From: Deferribacterales bacterium
GTDB taxonomy: Bacteria; Chrysiogenota; Deferribacteres; Deferribacterales; Geovibrionaceae
NCBI GenBank assembly: GCA_050253075.1
Contig: JBFWJS010000001.1
Location: forward strand, 448,001-512,000
Length of the DNA: 64,000 bases
Reading direction: 5' to 3'
Shown: positions 30,723 to 42,248 of the stretch, in pieces
Layout of the letters: every line of letters begins with the position of its first letter
Numbering within the stretch: position 1 is the stretch's first letter
The notes under the pieces: model-generated
Databases searched by the model: none
The model's input: only the letters and a program-made list of their open reading frames with translations
Told to the model about the DNA's origin: nothing
Position numbers and translations under genes: made by a program

Positions 30723-31310
30723 ATGAGCTACTACGTACCTTACGTAATAGAGCAGACAGGCAGGGGCGAAAGGTCTTACGACATTTATTCCCGTCTGCTT
30801 AAAGACAGAATCATATTCTTAGGCTCTCAGGTAGAGAGCAACATGGCTAACTCCATCGTTGCACAGCTTCTCTTCCTGGAGGCGGACGATCCAGATAAAG
30901 ATATTTTTCTTTATATAAACTCACCGGGCGGTTCTGTCAGCGACGGACTCGCTATATTCGATACTATGCAGTACATAAAACCGGATGTATCAACTATATG
31001 CATCGGTCAGGCTGCCAGTATGGGAGCTGTTCTGCTTGCGGCAGGGGCAAAGGGCAAAAGATTTGCCGTGCCTAACGCCAGAGTAATGATCCATCAGGTG
31101 ATGGGCGGTGCTCAGGGGCAGGCTACGGATATAGAGATCCAGGCAAAAGAGATACTTCGCATCAAAAAAGTTCTTAACGACATACTTGTTGATGCCACAG
31201 GCAAAAGCTATGAGCAGATAGAGAAAGATTCCGACAGGGATTACTTCATGTCTGCAGAAGAGGCTAAAGCATATGGCATTATAGACGATGTTATCACCAA
31301 TAGAGCTTGA
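30723..31310 (+). CDS. clpP: ATP-dependent Clp protease proteolytic subunit
   Basis: [32 protein letters not shown] and MIHQ. Confidence 0.98.
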   Translation: MSYYVPYVIEQTGRGERSYDIYSRLLKDRIIFLGSQVESNMANSIVAQLLFLEADDPDKDIFLYINSPGGSVSDGLAIFDTMQYIKPDVSTICIGQAASMGAVLLAAGAKGKRFAVPNARVMIHQVMGGAQGQATDIEIQAKEILRIKKVLNDILVDATGKSYEQIEKDSDRDYFMSAEEAKAYGIIDDVITNRA

Positions 31311-31372
31311 TATTTTGATATTAGAACTTATCTTAATTGAGAAATTCTAGCATTTACCCGAGGTGAACATTT

Positions 31373-32620
31373 ATGGCTAAAGGAAAAAAAGAGACTCTCT
31401 CCTGTTCTTTCTGCGGAAAGAGCCAGGACGAGGTTAAAAAACTCATAGCAGGTCCGAACGTATTCATTTGTAATGAGTGCATCGAGCTCTGTAATGAGAT
31501 ACTGAAAGAAGACCTCGAGGAAATCGGCGGCGACGAACAAGTTTTCAATCTGCTCACACCGGCAGAATTAAAGAATAAACTGGACGAATACGTTATCGGT
31601 CAGCAGTCTGCGAAGAAGATACTCTCTGTCGCAGTGCACAACCACTACAAGCGTGTTCTCCACGGTAAAAAATCAGAAGTGGAGCTCGAAAAGAGCAACA
31701 TCCTTCTCCTCGGACCTACAGGTACGGGTAAGACACTCCTTGCGAGAACACTTGCACGTATACTGAATGTTCCGTTCGCTATAGCAGACGCTACAACACT
31801 CACAGAGGCAGGATATGTCGGTGAGGATGTTGAGAACGTTGTGCTTAAGCTCCTTCAGAATGCCGATTATGATGTTGAGCGTACCCAGAAGGGTATCATC
31901 TTCATTGACGAGATAGACAAGATTTCCAAGAAAGGTGATTCCCCTTCTATCACTCGCGACGTTTCAGGCGAGGGTGTTCAGCAGGCTCTGCTGAAGATCA
32001 TCGAGGGAACTATCGCTAATGTTCCGCCACAGGGCGGACGCAAGCACCCTCAGCAGGACTATATACAGGTGGATACATCAAACATCCTCTTCATAGTCGG
32101 CGGTGCTTTCGACATGATAGACGAAGTGATCAAAAGACGTGTTGGTAAGAAATCTCTCGGTTTCGCCAGCAAAGAAGCAAACGAAGAGAAGAAAGAATTC
32201 AGCAGATTTGAGCTGCTTAGCCAGCTTCAGCCGGCTGACCTTGTCAGATACGGTCTTATCCCTGAGTTCGTAGGTCGTCTCCCCGTTGCTGCAGCTCTTG
32301 AGGACCTTGACGAGGAAGCACTCGTCCGCATCCTTCAGGAGCCGAAAAACAGCCTTATCAGACAGTACGAGCAGATGTTTAAGTTTGACGATGTGAAGCT
32401 CACATTTACAAACAGCGCTCTCAAAGCTGTTGCGAAAAAGGCTCTCGAACGCAAGACAGGTGCACGCGGTCTCCGCTCCATACTGGAAGAATCGATGATG
32501 GAGATCATGTACTCCATCCCATCCGAAGAGGGTGTAAAAGAGTGCATCATTAACGAAGATGTCATCAATGACGGGGCTAAGCCGATTCTTATGTTCGAAA
32601 ACAAGAAAGAAACCGCCTGA
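31373..32620 (+). CDS. clpX: Clp protease ATP-binding subunit ClpX
   Basis: CSFCGK zinc finger, [26 protein letters not shown] and TGARGLR. Confidence 0.98.
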   Translation: MAKGKKETLSCSFCGKSQDEVKKLIAGPNVFICNECIELCNEILKEDLEEIGGDEQVFNLLTPAELKNKLDEYVIGQQSAKKILSVAVHNHYKRVLHGKKSEVELEKSNILLLGPTGTGKTLLARTLARILNVPFAIADATTLTEAGYVGEDVENVVLKLLQNADYDVERTQKGIIFIDEIDKISKKGDSPSITRDVSGEGVQQALLKIIEGTIANVPPQGGRKHPQQDYIQVDTSNILFIVGGAFDMIDEVIKRRVGKKSLGFASKEANEEKKEFSRFELLSQLQPADLVRYGLIPEFVGRLPVAAALEDLDEEALVRILQEPKNSLIRQYEQMFKFDDVKLTFTNSALKAVAKKALERKTGARGLRSILEESMMEIMYSIPSEEGVKECIINEDVINDGAKPILMFENKKETA

Positions 32621-32770
32621 TTACAATAAACTGCGCATCTCAGCGTTGCTGTTTCAGGAAAAGATGACTCACAGCGCCTTAACCTGCTTCCTGCTTGTTT
32701 ATGGAAATCAGGAACGAAACGACAGATATGTCTACATAGTCCGCACTATTTTATGCGGGTTAATATATAT

Positions 32771-32796
32771 AAGGGGTACTTTGGTACCCCTTTTTT
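32771..32796 (+). terminator. Intrinsic terminator downstream of clpX
   Basis: AAGGGGTAC..GTACCCCTT followed by a T run, about 150 nt after the clpX stop. Confidence 0.8.
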
Positions 32797-32952
32797 ATTT
32801 AGTGCACATAGCCGCCTAATGGCAATACGGAACGTCACAATGCATAATCTTTGTGGATTGTAGCGTTTTTGGTATTTAAACTATTGGTCTTAGGGACTAT
32901 AATATTATTTCGAAACAAGTGATAACTACTCAAATCGCAAAAGGAGTTTCCT

Positions 32953-35259
32953 TTGGATAGAATAGAGCAATATACACTCATCCCGCTCAGGGACATGGTT
33001 ATTTTTCCTTATATGATATCCCCTGTCTTTGTCGGCAGGGATAAATCTGTCAATGCTGTCACTATTGCAGAAGGTTCGAGCAAGCACATCTTCTTTGCTC
33101 TGCAAAAGGATGACGAGCTTGACGAACCGGAGATGGAAGATCTTTACGCTACGGGCGTAGTGGCTAAACTGCTGCAGGTTCTAAAGCTCCCTGACGGCAC
33201 GGTAAAGCTGCTTGTGGAAGGTGTCGACAGAGCCCGTCTGCTGAGCGTGGCTGACGAAGGGGACAGTCTCTTCGCTAATGTAGAGATACTCGAAGACAAT
33301 GATGTGGATAAATCTGAAGAGCCCGCACTTTTTAAGATGCTGGCGGACAGCTTTAACACCTATGCAGATATTTCCAAAAAGATAAATGATAATGTTCTCG
33401 CATCCATTAAAGAGATAGACGAGATAGACAGGCTGACATACTCCGTAGCCGCCAATATGCCTATGCGCAACGAAGAGCACCAGACCATCCTTGAGATGGA
33501 CGACACCACGGCAAGGGTGGAAAAGGTGATAGAGCTTGTGCAGACATACATCGAGCTCACAAAGATGGATACACGCATCAGACAGAAGGTTAAAAACCAG
33601 ATGTCCAAAGCGCAGAAGGAATACTATCTCGGCGAACAGGTTAAGGCGATAAATGAAGAACTCGGCAAAGACGACGACTTCAAAGCCGATATGGACGAGA
33701 TAGAGGAAAAGATAAAGGGCGCAAAACTTGCGGATAATGTCCGTGAGCGTGCCGAAAGAGAATTCAAAAAGCTGAAGCTGATGTCGCCTATGTCGGCTGA
33801 GGCGACTGTTGTGCGTAACTACCTCGACTGGCTCTTAAGTATGCCGTGGGGTGAATATACAGAGGATGACCTCGAGCTTGGCAATGCGGAAAAGATACTG
33901 AACCGTGACCACTTCGGTCTGGAAAAGCCGAAGGAACGCATCCTCGAATTTCTCGCCGTGAAGAAGATAGCCGACAATATAAAAGGCCCCATCATATGCT
34001 TCACCGGCCCTCCGGGGGTGGGTAAGACATCTCTGGCGAAATCCATAGCCGAATCTATGAACCGCAAGTTTGTCCGTATGTCCCTCGGCGGTATGCGTGA
34101 CGAAGCGGAGATTCGTGGACACCGAAAGACATACATAGGCTCAATGCCCGGTAAGATACTGCAGTCCCTTAAAAAGGCTGGCAGTTCGAACCCTGTCTTC
34201 CTCCTGGATGAGATAGACAAGCTCGGCTCAGATTTCAGAGGCGATCCGTCGTCTGCGCTCCTTGAGGTTTTAGACCCCGAGCAGAACAGCACATTTATGG
34301 ATCATTACCTCGAGCTGGAGTACGACCTTTCAAAGGTGTTCTTCATCACCACTGCGAACAACCTCGGCAACATCCCGAGACCTCTTCTGGACAGAATGGA
34401 GGTCATACACGTCAGCGGATACACTGAAAAGGAAAAGCTGCAGATAGCGAAGCAGTTCCTTGTACCGAAGCTGATAAAAGAACACAACGTAGAAGAAAAG
34501 GTGACACTGGCCGACACTGCCATCCTCGAGATCATTAGAGGATATACCAAAGAGGCGGGCGTGCGTAACCTCGAGCGTGAGATAGCCTCCGTTGTGCGTA
34601 AATGCGTTAAAAAGATAGTAGAAAAGCCGGAAAAAGATTCGGTGAAAGTAAATAAAGGTACGATAGAAAAATTTCTCGGCATACCTAAATTCAGAGATTC
34701 TGATATCCCTAATGCAAGGGAGATCGGCGTTGCTACAGGTCTTGCATGGACTCCGTACGGCGGAGATATCCTTCAGATAGAGGTCGCCGTGTCAAAGGGG
34801 AAGGGCGCAATGCTCGTTACCGGTAAGCTCGGAGACGTGATGCAGGAGTCTGCAAAGACAGCATTCACTGTTGTGAAAAGTCATGCATCAAAATTTAAAG
34901 TGCCTGCTAACATGTTCTCAGATATGGATATACATGTGCATGTCCCCGAGGGTGCCGTGCCCAAGGACGGCCCTAGTGCGGGTATAACCCTCGCCACTGC
35001 ACTTATGTCTGCCATGTCGGGCAGAGAGGTGCGGTGTGACGTCGCCATGACGGGGGAGATAACCCTGCGTGGTCGTGTGCTCGCCATAGGCGGTGTGAAA
35101 GAAAAGGTGCTGGCCGCTCACAGAGCAGGCGTGAAGGAGATCATCCTTCCGAAGGCCAATGATAAGGACTTGACAGAAGTCCCCGCCGATGTTAAAAGTG
35201 TAGTTCAATTTCACCTCGTTGATAATATCGAAGAGGTTTTTGAAATTGTCATAATTTAA
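32953..35259 (+). CDS. lon: Lon protease
   Basis: [31 protein letters not shown] (catalytic Ser) and GGVKEK; TTG start after AAGGAG. Confidence 0.98.
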   Translation: MDRIEQYTLIPLRDMVIFPYMISPVFVGRDKSVNAVTIAEGSSKHIFFALQKDDELDEPEMEDLYATGVVAKLLQVLKLPDGTVKLLVEGVDRARLLSVADEGDSLFANVEILEDNDVDKSEEPALFKMLADSFNTYADISKKINDNVLASIKEIDEIDRLTYSVAANMPMRNEEHQTILEMDDTTARVEKVIELVQTYIELTKMDTRIRQKVKNQMSKAQKEYYLGEQVKAINEELGKDDDFKADMDEIEEKIKGAKLADNVRERAEREFKKLKLMSPMSAEATVVRNYLDWLLSMPWGEYTEDDLELGNAEKILNRDHFGLEKPKERILEFLAVKKIADNIKGPIICFTGPPGVGKTSLAKSIAESMNRKFVRMSLGGMRDEAEIRGHRKTYIGSMPGKILQSLKKAGSSNPVFLLDEIDKLGSDFRGDPSSALLEVLDPEQNSTFMDHYLELEYDLSKVFFITTANNLGNIPRPLLDRMEVIHVSGYTEKEKLQIAKQFLVPKLIKEHNVEEKVTLADTAILEIIRGYTKEAGVRNLEREIASVVRKCVKKIVEKPEKDSVKVNKGTIEKFLGIPKFRDSDIPNAREIGVATGLAWTPYGGDILQIEVAVSKGKGAMLVTGKLGDVMQESAKTAFTVVKSHASKFKVPANMFSDMDIHVHVPEGAVPKDGPSAGITLATALMSAMSGREVRCDVAMTGEITLRGRVLAIGGVKEKVLAAHRAGVKEIILPKANDKDLTEVPADVKSVVQFHLVDNIEEVFEIVII

Positions 35260-35276
35260 GAAAGGATGTGATTACT

Positions 35277-35495
35277 GTGGCAGTAAACGCAGTAGTTCGC
35301 GTCGACGGTGATAACGTCGACTACGCCCTCAAACTTCTCAAGAAGAAGATAGAGCGCGAAGGTCTCATCAGAGAGATCAAAAAGTATACTTACTACGAGA
35401 AACCAACTGAGGTTCGTCGTAAAAAGCTTCTTAAAGCTCGCAGAAAGCAGCAGAAGCTTCAGCGTAAGATCGCTGAAAAGTACAAATACTATTAA
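35277..35495 (+). CDS. rpsU: 30S ribosomal protein S21
   Basis: ALKLLKKKIEREGLIREIKK..YEKPTEVRRKK. Confidence 0.93.
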   Translation: MAVNAVVRVDGDNVDYALKLLKKKIEREGLIREIKKYTYYEKPTEVRRKKLLKARRKQQKLQRKIAEKYKYY

Positions 35496-35573
35496 TAGGT
35501 CATTTGTGCGCATCACCGACAGGTGTAAAATTGTTTATGAATGGTCGCTTGTATAAGCGGTCGTCTTTATAGG

Positions 35574-35607
35574 AAACCGGTAGAGCGAGGCCTTTACCGG
35601 TTTTTTT
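35574..35607 (+). terminator. Intrinsic terminator after rpsU
   Basis: AAACCGGTAGAG..CTTTACCGGTTT followed by a T run. Confidence 0.8.
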
Positions 35608-35687
35608 ATTTCTCTTCTTTCTATAAACTTCGTATTTCTTCGTGCTTATTTTGTCTGCTTGGGTCACATACCAAACTATAATTACCT

Positions 35688-35705
35688 GTCATTGCGAGCA
35701 GAGCA
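35688..35705. repeat. Truncated half of a family B REP-like element (B1)
   Basis: GTCATTGCGAGCAGAGC; left end only, abutting the secA terminator. Confidence 0.5.
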
Positions 35706-35706
35706 G

Positions 35707-35732
35707 AAAAAAAGCGGAGCACTGAGCTCCGC
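35707..35732 (-). terminator. Intrinsic terminator after secA
   Basis: GCGGAGC-N5-GCTCCGC with an A7 tract, which is a U run on the minus strand. Confidence 0.85.
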
Positions 35733-35739
35733 CTTATGA

Positions 35740-38340
35740 TTAATCTTCTGTCTCTTCCGCAGAGTCTTCGCTGCGTCCGTGGCACTTCTTATATTTCAGT
35801 CCGCTGCCGCACGGGCATGGGTCGTTTCGGCCTACTTTCGGCATAGACCTTGTCTGAGGCTGTTTCTTCTTTTCTTCCTTTTTCTGTTCGGCGAAGATAT
35901 CTCTGTGCTCTTCTGTTGTCTGCACTTTTTCCTTCTTCTGTGCTTCGGCAACGTCTGATTCCGCCTGTACCTGTACATGGAAGAGGAATTTTACTACGTC
36001 GGAGTTGATCTTGTTCATCATCTCGAGGAAGAGGTTGAACGCCTCGCGTTTATATTCATTGAGCGGGTCTTTCTGTCCGTATCCTCTGAGTCCCACGGAG
36101 TCACGCAGGTAATCCATCTGGAGGAGGTTTTCCTTCCATTTGGTGTCGAGGATGTTTATGTAGAGGAATCTGATAACATCCGCAAAGTATCCGCCGAACT
36201 GATCACGTTTCTCATCGAGTTTTTCATTGATGAGCTTTTTGAGCCTTTCGAGGTCTGCGGGTATCTCTTTCTTATCAGCAGAAAGTTTGAATTCTATGTC
36301 GAATGTATCTTCGACATCTTTCTCAAATGCCTCATAGTCGGGCTTGTCTGTGGCGTTGATGTACACCTCATACATGGTGTCGAGAACATTCTCGATGGTC
36401 TCGAGGATGATGTCCTCTGTCGCCTCGCCCGATATTATATCCTTACGCAGGGAATAGATGACATTCCTCTGCTGGTTCATTACGTTGTCATAGTCGAGCA
36501 GGTGCTTTCTTATCTCAAAGTGGAAAGCCTCGACCTTTTTCTGTGCGCCCTCGATAGATTTGCTGATGATAGGGTGCTCGATGGATTCGCCCTCTTTCAT
36601 GCCGAGTTTCTGCATGATGTTGGATATCTTTTCCGAGCCGAAGATGCGCATAAGGTCGTCTTCGAGGGAAACGAAGAAACGTGAAGACCCCGGGTCACCC
36701 TGACGTCCGGCACGTCCACGGAGCTGGTTGTCGATACGTCTGGACTCGTGTCTGTCTGTACCAAGGATATGCAGACCGCCGAGCTCGGCAACGCCTTCGC
36801 CCAGCTTAATATCCGTACCACGACCGGCCATGTTTGTGGCGATGGTCACGGCGCCTTTCTTACCTGCGTCTATGATGATCTCAGCCTCACGCTCGTGGTT
36901 TTTGGCGTTGAGCACTTCGTGCTTTATGTTCCTTTTGGAAAGGAATGAGCTGATGATCTCTGTTTTTTCGATGGAGCTTGTACCGACGAGAACAGGTCTG
37001 CCTGATTTATGCATCTCTTCTATCTCGTCAACGATAGCTATGAGCTTCTCCTGAACGGTGCGGAAGATAATGTCTGAGTGGTCCTTACGTATCATGTTCA
37101 TGTGTGTAGGGATAACAGCGACCTCCAGCCCGTAGATAGAGAGGAATTCCTGTGCCTCTGTGAGGGCTGTACCTGTCATACCGGAGAGGTTCTTATACAT
37201 TCTGAAGTAGTTCTGGAATGTGATGGATGCCAGCGTCTGGTTCTCGCTCTGGATAGTGATGTTCTCCTTTGCTTCCAGTGCCTGGTGCATGCCGTCTGCG
37301 TAGCGTCTTCCCGGCTGAAGTCGTCCGGTGAATTCGTCTACGATGACAACCTCGCCGTCTTTGACAACATAGTCCACGTCTTTCTTATAAAGAGAGTGTG
37401 CCTTGATAGAGTTGTTAAAGTGATGGAGCATATCGACGTATTTGATGTCGAAGAGGTTGTCTATACCCAGTGCTGCTTCGATGGCGTTGATGCCTTCGTC
37501 ATTGAGCTGGGCCGATTTATTCTTTTCATCGAGTTTATAGTGTTTATGAGGCTCGAGGTCTTTAACGATGTTATTTACTTCGTAATAATGGTCTGTCCCG
37601 CGCTCTGTCGGGCCGGATATGATGAGCGGTGTTCTCGCTTCGTCGATGAGGATGGAGTCCACCTCATCCACAATGGCGAAGTTCAGCGTGCGCTGTGCGA
37701 GGGGCTCATCGGGAGATTTCATGTTATCACGGAGGTAGTCAAATCCGAATTCGTTGTTTGTACCGTATGTGATATCTGCGGCGTATGCTTCGTTCCTTGC
37801 GCATGGGGTCAGCTTTGTGGTGAGCTCGGCTTCGTTGTCCCATTCGATGAGGAATGAAGACATGTGCTGTATAACACCCACTGTAAGTCCGAGATAAAGG
37901 TAAACAGGAGCCATCCACTGAGCATCTCGTCTGGCGAGGTAGTCGTTCACTGTGACGAGGTGTGCGCCTTTTGCCTCGATACCGTTCAGGTAGAGTGCCA
38001 GCGTCGCAACGAGTGTTTTACCTTCACCGGTTTTCATCTCAGCTATCTTTCCGGCGTTCAGAGCATAACCACCCATCATCTGAACATCATAGTGTCTCAT
38101 GCCCAGTGTTCTGGTGGATGCTTCTCTGGCAACGGCGAATGCTTCAGGGAGCAGGTCGTCCAGAGTCTTTCCGTTTGCGAGAGCAGCCCTGAACTCGGCT
38201 GTTTTAGCCTTGAGCTGTTCGTCGGAAAGTGCTTTTATGCCTTCCTCCAGACTATTTATTTTATCGACCACAGGCTGCAGCTTTTTTGCGTATCTGTCAG
38301 TGTATGAGCCGAATATCTTTTTAGCGACGCTTTTTAACAT
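35740..38340 (-). CDS. secA: Preprotein translocase ATPase SecA
   Basis: [52 protein letters not shown] and [23 protein letters not shown]. Confidence 0.99.
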   Translation of the reverse strand: MLKSVAKKIFGSYTDRYAKKLQPVVDKINSLEEGIKALSDEQLKAKTAEFRAALANGKTLDDLLPEAFAVAREASTRTLGMRHYDVQMMGGYALNAGKIAEMKTGEGKTLVATLALYLNGIEAKGAHLVTVNDYLARRDAQWMAPVYLYLGLTVGVIQHMSSFLIEWDNEAELTTKLTPCARNEAYAADITYGTNNEFGFDYLRDNMKSPDEPLAQRTLNFAIVDEVDSILIDEARTPLIISGPTERGTDHYYEVNNIVKDLEPHKHYKLDEKNKSAQLNDEGINAIEAALGIDNLFDIKYVDMLHHFNNSIKAHSLYKKDVDYVVKDGEVVIVDEFTGRLQPGRRYADGMHQALEAKENITIQSENQTLASITFQNYFRMYKNLSGMTGTALTEAQEFLSIYGLEVAVIPTHMNMIRKDHSDIIFRTVQEKLIAIVDEIEEMHKSGRPVLVGTSSIEKTEIISSFLSKRNIKHEVLNAKNHEREAEIIIDAGKKGAVTIATNMAGRGTDIKLGEGVAELGGLHILGTDRHESRRIDNQLRGRAGRQGDPGSSRFFVSLEDDLMRIFGSEKISNIMQKLGMKEGESIEHPIISKSIEGAQKKVEAFHFEIRKHLLDYDNVMNQQRNVIYSLRKDIISGEATEDIILETIENVLDTMYEVYINATDKPDYEAFEKDVEDTFDIEFKLSADKKEIPADLERLKKLINEKLDEKRDQFGGYFADVIRFLYINILDTKWKENLLQMDYLRDSVGLRGYGQKDPLNEYKREAFNLFLEMMNKINSDVVKFLFHVQVQAESDVAEAQKKEKVQTTEEHRDIFAEQKKEEKKKQPQTRSMPKVGRNDPCPCGSGLKYKKCHGRSEDSAEETED

Positions 38341-38368
38341 TTAAATCTCCATAATAAATATAATGTAA

Positions 38369-38447
38369 GTCACTCTGAACATAGTGAAGAGTCTGAAACA
38401 GAAAGAAAAGTTCATAAAAACAGATCCTTCGCAGGCTCAGCATGACG
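38369..38447. repeat. REP-like palindromic dimer, family A (A5)
   Basis: GTCACTCTGAAC..GTGAAGAGTCTG..CAGATCCTTCGCAGGCTCAGCATGACG. Confidence 0.78.
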
Positions 38448-38459
38448 TAAATATCAGTC

Positions 38460-39353
38460 TTAGTCTTTCCCCTCGGTGCGGACTATCAGCCAGAATATCA
38501 TACCGAGTACAAGAATGGCGGAAAGTATGAATCCGTGCTGGAACATATTCCCCTGTTCGTGCTTCAGCGTGATGATGAGTAGGTCTCTGATGAAAGCTAT
38601 CAGAGCCACACTGATGAACACCGAGGTCTTGAACTTGCCCCCTCGGATGATCTGTACCTCCGTGTGCAGCAGCTCCACCAAAACCCAGATGATCAGGAGC
38701 GAGCCCAATGCCGTGATAAGCATAGCCTCCACATGCCCCTGCAGCAGGTGAACTATGTCCTGTGCGAATATCCATACGGAAACAACCGTAAGCCCCATAA
38801 GCACCAGAACGAGTATCGAGTGCATCACAAGGGAGAAAAACTCGGAAAAGTCTATTATGATCCTCTGCCAGCTGAATACCGTGCTGTATTTGCTGACGGT
38901 CTTGTCGTAATAGGCTCCGAGCATTATCTCGTTGTTTATGTCGAGCAGTTTATGCAGAGAAAGGAGTATAGCCTTTCTTTTATAATCGTCGTCTATGATC
39001 TGAAATACCTTTTCGTGAAGCCACAGCCTCGCAAAGCTGATCATGGCAGTGAGGAAATCAGGTTCGAATTCGTATTTATAAAGCCCCGTCCCCTGCTTAT
39101 AGAGAAAGTTGTAATAGGCAGTCTTCGGGCATCCTTCGAAAAGGAATTCATACCAGCGCTCCAGCTTCGCCACATTGGCTTCCATAGCCTTCTGCTGTAT
39201 ATCCGTAAGGCTGAATTTAGACTTCACGGCTTCGTAATAGTCCTCTATGAACTCTTCTTTGTGTCTTTGCATATATGGCTGAATATAAAGAAGATTTTCG
39301 ATATCGTTTTCTGAAAGGTCGTAGTGCTTCTGAAGACTTTTGTGGTATCTCAT
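38460..39353 (-). CDS. Protoglobin-like domain fused to a PsiE-like 4-TM domain
   Basis: N-terminus LSENDIENL..FIEDYYE..WYEFLFEG..LHKLLDIN; C-terminus LLIIWVLVELL..FISVALIAFIRDLLI. Confidence 0.75.
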   Translation of the reverse strand: MRYHKSLQKHYDLSENDIENLLYIQPYMQRHKEEFIEDYYEAVKSKFSLTDIQQKAMEANVAKLERWYEFLFEGCPKTAYYNFLYKQGTGLYKYEFEPDFLTAMISFARLWLHEKVFQIIDDDYKRKAILLSLHKLLDINNEIMLGAYYDKTVSKYSTVFSWQRIIIDFSEFFSLVMHSILVLVLMGLTVVSVWIFAQDIVHLLQGHVEAMLITALGSLLIIWVLVELLHTEVQIIRGGKFKTSVFISVALIAFIRDLLIITLKHEQGNMFQHGFILSAILVLGMIFWLIVRTEGKD

Positions 39354-39481
39354 GAAAACCTCGCCTGTTTACGGCATATTTTGTATCTTAAGCCATTACA
39401 GGGAAATGGATATTTATCTCTTGCTATGTTAGGATAAAATAAGTAGAAAATAAAGTAAAATAAAAGTCTGAGGTGTAAGCT

Positions 39482-40063
39482 GTGGAGCGTAAAGCAACAA
39501 TCGAGCGAAAAACAACAGAAACAGACATCAGCATCAGCCTGAATGTCGACGGCACTGGCGAGTATAAGGTAGAGACGGGCGTAGGCTTTCTCAACCACAT
39601 GCTGGAGCTCTTTTCACGTCACGGTTCATTCGACCTGACTGTTAAGGCAGACGGCGATACACACATAGACGCACACCACACCGCAGAGGACATAGGCATT
39701 GTGCTTGGCGATGCATTCGTTCAGGCTCTCGGGGACAAGAGGGGCATCCGCAGATACGGCTTTTTCCTCCTCCCTATGGACGAGACACTCATCGAGTGCG
39801 CCGTGGATTTCTCCGGCAGGACATACCTGAATTTTGACGCACCGATAGCATCGGCAAAGGTCGGCGATTTCGACACCGAGCTCGTAGAGGAGTTCTTCAA
39901 GGCGTTCGCAGACAGAGCAGGCATCAACCTGCACATAGTGAAACGCTACGGGCGCAACACTCACCACATCATAGAGGGCATCTTCAAATGTGTGGCGAGA
40001 GCCATCAAGGACGCCGTTAAGATAGAGGGTGACAAGATACCTTCCACTAAAGGCATGATATAA
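39482..40063 (+). CDS. hisB: Imidazoleglycerol-phosphate dehydratase
   Basis: RKTTETDI, FLNHML, DAHHTAED, PMDE, NTHHIIE and PSTKG. Confidence 0.97.
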   Translation: MERKATIERKTTETDISISLNVDGTGEYKVETGVGFLNHMLELFSRHGSFDLTVKADGDTHIDAHHTAEDIGIVLGDAFVQALGDKRGIRRYGFFLLPMDETLIECAVDFSGRTYLNFDAPIASAKVGDFDTELVEEFFKAFADRAGINLHIVKRYGRNTHHIIEGIFKCVARAIKDAVKIEGDKIPSTKGMI

Positions 40064-40069
40064 TTTTTC

Positions 40070-40166
40070 CGTCATTGCGAACCCGTTAGGGTGAAGCAAT
40101 CTTCCAACGTATTGCATCACAGCATTCGGGCTAAGATTACTTCGTCGCTCTGCTCCTCGTAATGAC
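40070..40166. repeat. REP-like palindromic dimer, family B (B2)
   Basis: CGTCATTGCGAACC..GTGAAGCAATCT..AGATTACTTCGTCG..CTCCTCGTAATGAC. Confidence 0.88.
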
Positions 40167-40189
40167 ATTAAATATTAGCGAGGAATTTA

Positions 40190-40810
40190 ATGATTTCTGT
40201 AATTGATTATGGAATGGGAAACCTGAAAAGTGTGGAGAAAGCTCTCCAGTCTCTCGGTTTCGACGCAAAGATAACATCAGACCCTGACGAGGTTCGTAAA
40301 TCTGAAAGAGCTGTTCTGCCGGGCGTAGGCGCATTCGGCGACTGCCGTAAAGGGTTGAAGGACAGCGGGCTGGAGGAAGCGGCTCTCGAGATAATAAAAT
40401 CCGGTAAACCCCTCCTCGGTATCTGCGTGGGCATGCAGATGCTCTTTGAAAAAGACTATGAATTCGGCGAACACGACGGATTCGGATATTTCAAAGGCTC
40501 TGTGAGAAAATTCCCCGATGAGATAGTCAGAGACGGGCTGAAGATCCCCCAGATAGGCTGGAACCAGATCATTAAGAAATTCGAACACCCACTGCTGGAA
40601 GGTATCAGCACGGGTGATTATTTTTACTTTGTACACTCTTACCGTGCAAAGTCTGAAAACCCCGAGGCGGAAGCACTCACATGTGTTTACGGTGAGGAAT
40701 TCACCGCTATGGCCATCAGGGATAATGTTGCCGCTACGCAGTTTCACCCTGAAAAGAGCCAGAAGCTCGGGCTGCATCTTTTAAACAACTTTGCCAACTG
40801 GAAGATTTAG
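40190..40810 (+). CDS. hisH: Imidazole glycerol phosphate synthase glutaminase subunit
   Basis: IDYGMGNL, LPGVGAF, GICVGMQ, YFVHSY and QFHPEKS. Confidence 0.97.
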   Translation: MISVIDYGMGNLKSVEKALQSLGFDAKITSDPDEVRKSERAVLPGVGAFGDCRKGLKDSGLEEAALEIIKSGKPLLGICVGMQMLFEKDYEFGEHDGFGYFKGSVRKFPDEIVRDGLKIPQIGWNQIIKKFEHPLLEGISTGDYFYFVHSYRAKSENPEAEALTCVYGEEFTAMAIRDNVAATQFHPEKSQKLGLHLLNNFANWKI

Positions 40811-40831
40811 CAACCTGAGGCGAACGAGTCA

Positions 40832-40908
40832 GTCATTGCGAGGAGAGCTATGCTCGACGCGGCAATCTTAGGCTAAGATTACTTCGTCATTTCATTCCTC
40901 GTAATGAC
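40832..40908. repeat. REP-like palindromic dimer, family B (B3)
   Basis: GTCATTGCGAGGAGAGC..GACGCGGCAATCT..AGATTACTTCGTC..CCTCGTAATGAC. Confidence 0.88.
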
Positions 40909-40936
40909 CAATTACTTTTTCTGAAAGGAGATTTTA

Positions 40937-41653
40937 ATGCTTATATTACCTGCGATAGACCTGCTCGGCGGAAAAGCTGTCCGCCTGAAACAGGGCGACA
41001 TGGACGACTTCACAGTCTATTACGATAACCCTCTGGATGCGGCAAAGATGTTTGCCGATATGGGAGTAAAGAGACTTCATATAGTAGACCTCGACGGAGC
41101 CAGAAAGGGCGAAGCGACCAACTTCGGGCTTATCGAAAAGATCGTCGCTCAGGCCGGGATGGAGATTGAAGTGGGCGGAGGCATCCGAAATATGGAGCGC
41201 CTCGAAGCATACTTTAATATCGGCGTGAAATACGGCATCCTCGGGACAGTGGTGGTGAAAGACCCGCAGTTCGTAAAGGACGCTATGAAGAAATTCCCGG
41301 GACGCATCATCCTCGGCGTGGATTCCAAAGAGGGATACGTTGCCACCGAAGGCTGGTATGAAAAGAGTGAACTCACAGCCGTCGAACTCATCAATAGCTA
41401 TGAGGGATACGCAGCAGAGTCTGTCATCTATACAGATATCATGCGTGACGGTATGCTCTCAGGGATAAACCTCGAGGCGACCATCAGCCTTGCGGAAAAT
41501 ATAAGCTATCCTGTCATCGCATCAGGCGGTCTGAAAGGCATAGAGGACATCAAAGCCCTTCAGGGTAAAAAGAATATTCTCGGAGCTATCACAGGCAAAG
41601 CCTTTTACGAAGGGAAGATAGACCTCGAAGAAGCACTTAAACTGCAGGGGTAA
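40937..41653 (+). CDS. hisA: ProFAR isomerase
   Basis: PAIDLLGGKAVRLKQG, HIVDLDGA, VGGGIR, TDIMRDGML and IASGG. Confidence 0.97.
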   Translation: MLILPAIDLLGGKAVRLKQGDMDDFTVYYDNPLDAAKMFADMGVKRLHIVDLDGARKGEATNFGLIEKIVAQAGMEIEVGGGIRNMERLEAYFNIGVKYGILGTVVVKDPQFVKDAMKKFPGRIILGVDSKEGYVATEGWYEKSELTAVELINSYEGYAAESVIYTDIMRDGMLSGINLEATISLAENISYPVIASGGLKGIEDIKALQGKKNILGAITGKAFYEGKIDLEEALKLQG

Positions 41654-41657
41654 TTCC

Positions 41658-42125
41658 ATGCATAAATTATATATGTTCATCGCTCTCGGATTCGGCTCAG
41701 GGAAAGCACCCTTTGCACCCGGGACATTCGGCACACTGGCGGGCATAATCCCCGTTCTGCTCACAATGGGAGCTCCGTACTGGGTGAAGGCTCTCGTCTT
41801 CGTCGGCATCATGATGCTCGGCACTATGTCTGCACAGTATCACGGCACATACACAGGGGAGAAAGATGCCTCTGAGGTAGTCATTGACGAGATAGCCGCT
41901 TACTACATGATATTTCTCGTTTTCCCCGTCAGCACCTTTACGCTGATAGCGGGATTCGTACTTTTCAGACTTTTCGACATTACAAAACCCTATCCGATAA
42001 AGAAACTGGAAAAGCTCGAAGGCGGTGTCGGCGTCATGATAGACGACATTGTAGCAGGGCTTTACAGCATGGTCGCTCTGGCTGTGGTCTATTTCGGATA
42101 CATAATGATATTTGCGCATAAATAA
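41658..42125 (+). CDS. pgpA: Phosphatidylglycerophosphatase A
   Basis: GSGKAPFAPGTFGT, VVIDE, FRLFDITKPYPI and GVMIDDIVAG. Confidence 0.95.
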   Translation: MHKLYMFIALGFGSGKAPFAPGTFGTLAGIIPVLLTMGAPYWVKALVFVGIMMLGTMSAQYHGTYTGEKDASEVVIDEIAAYYMIFLVFPVSTFTLIAGFVLFRLFDITKPYPIKKLEKLEGGVGVMIDDIVAGLYSMVALAVVYFGYIMIFAHK

Positions 42126-42131
42126 ACTTTT

Positions 42132-42225
42132 GTCATTGCGAGAAGCGAAGCGACGAAGCAATCTTCTACGCTCAGTAATGCAGCATAGGCGGAAGATCAC
42201 TTCGGCTTATCAGCCTCGTGATGAC
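42132..42225. repeat. REP-like palindromic dimer, family B (B4)
   Basis: GTCATTGCGAGAAGCGAAGCGACGAAGCAATCTTC..GAAGATCACTTCGG..CCTCGTGATGAC. Confidence 0.88.
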
Positions 42226-42248
42226 TCATGAATTTTAGAGGTGGGAAC

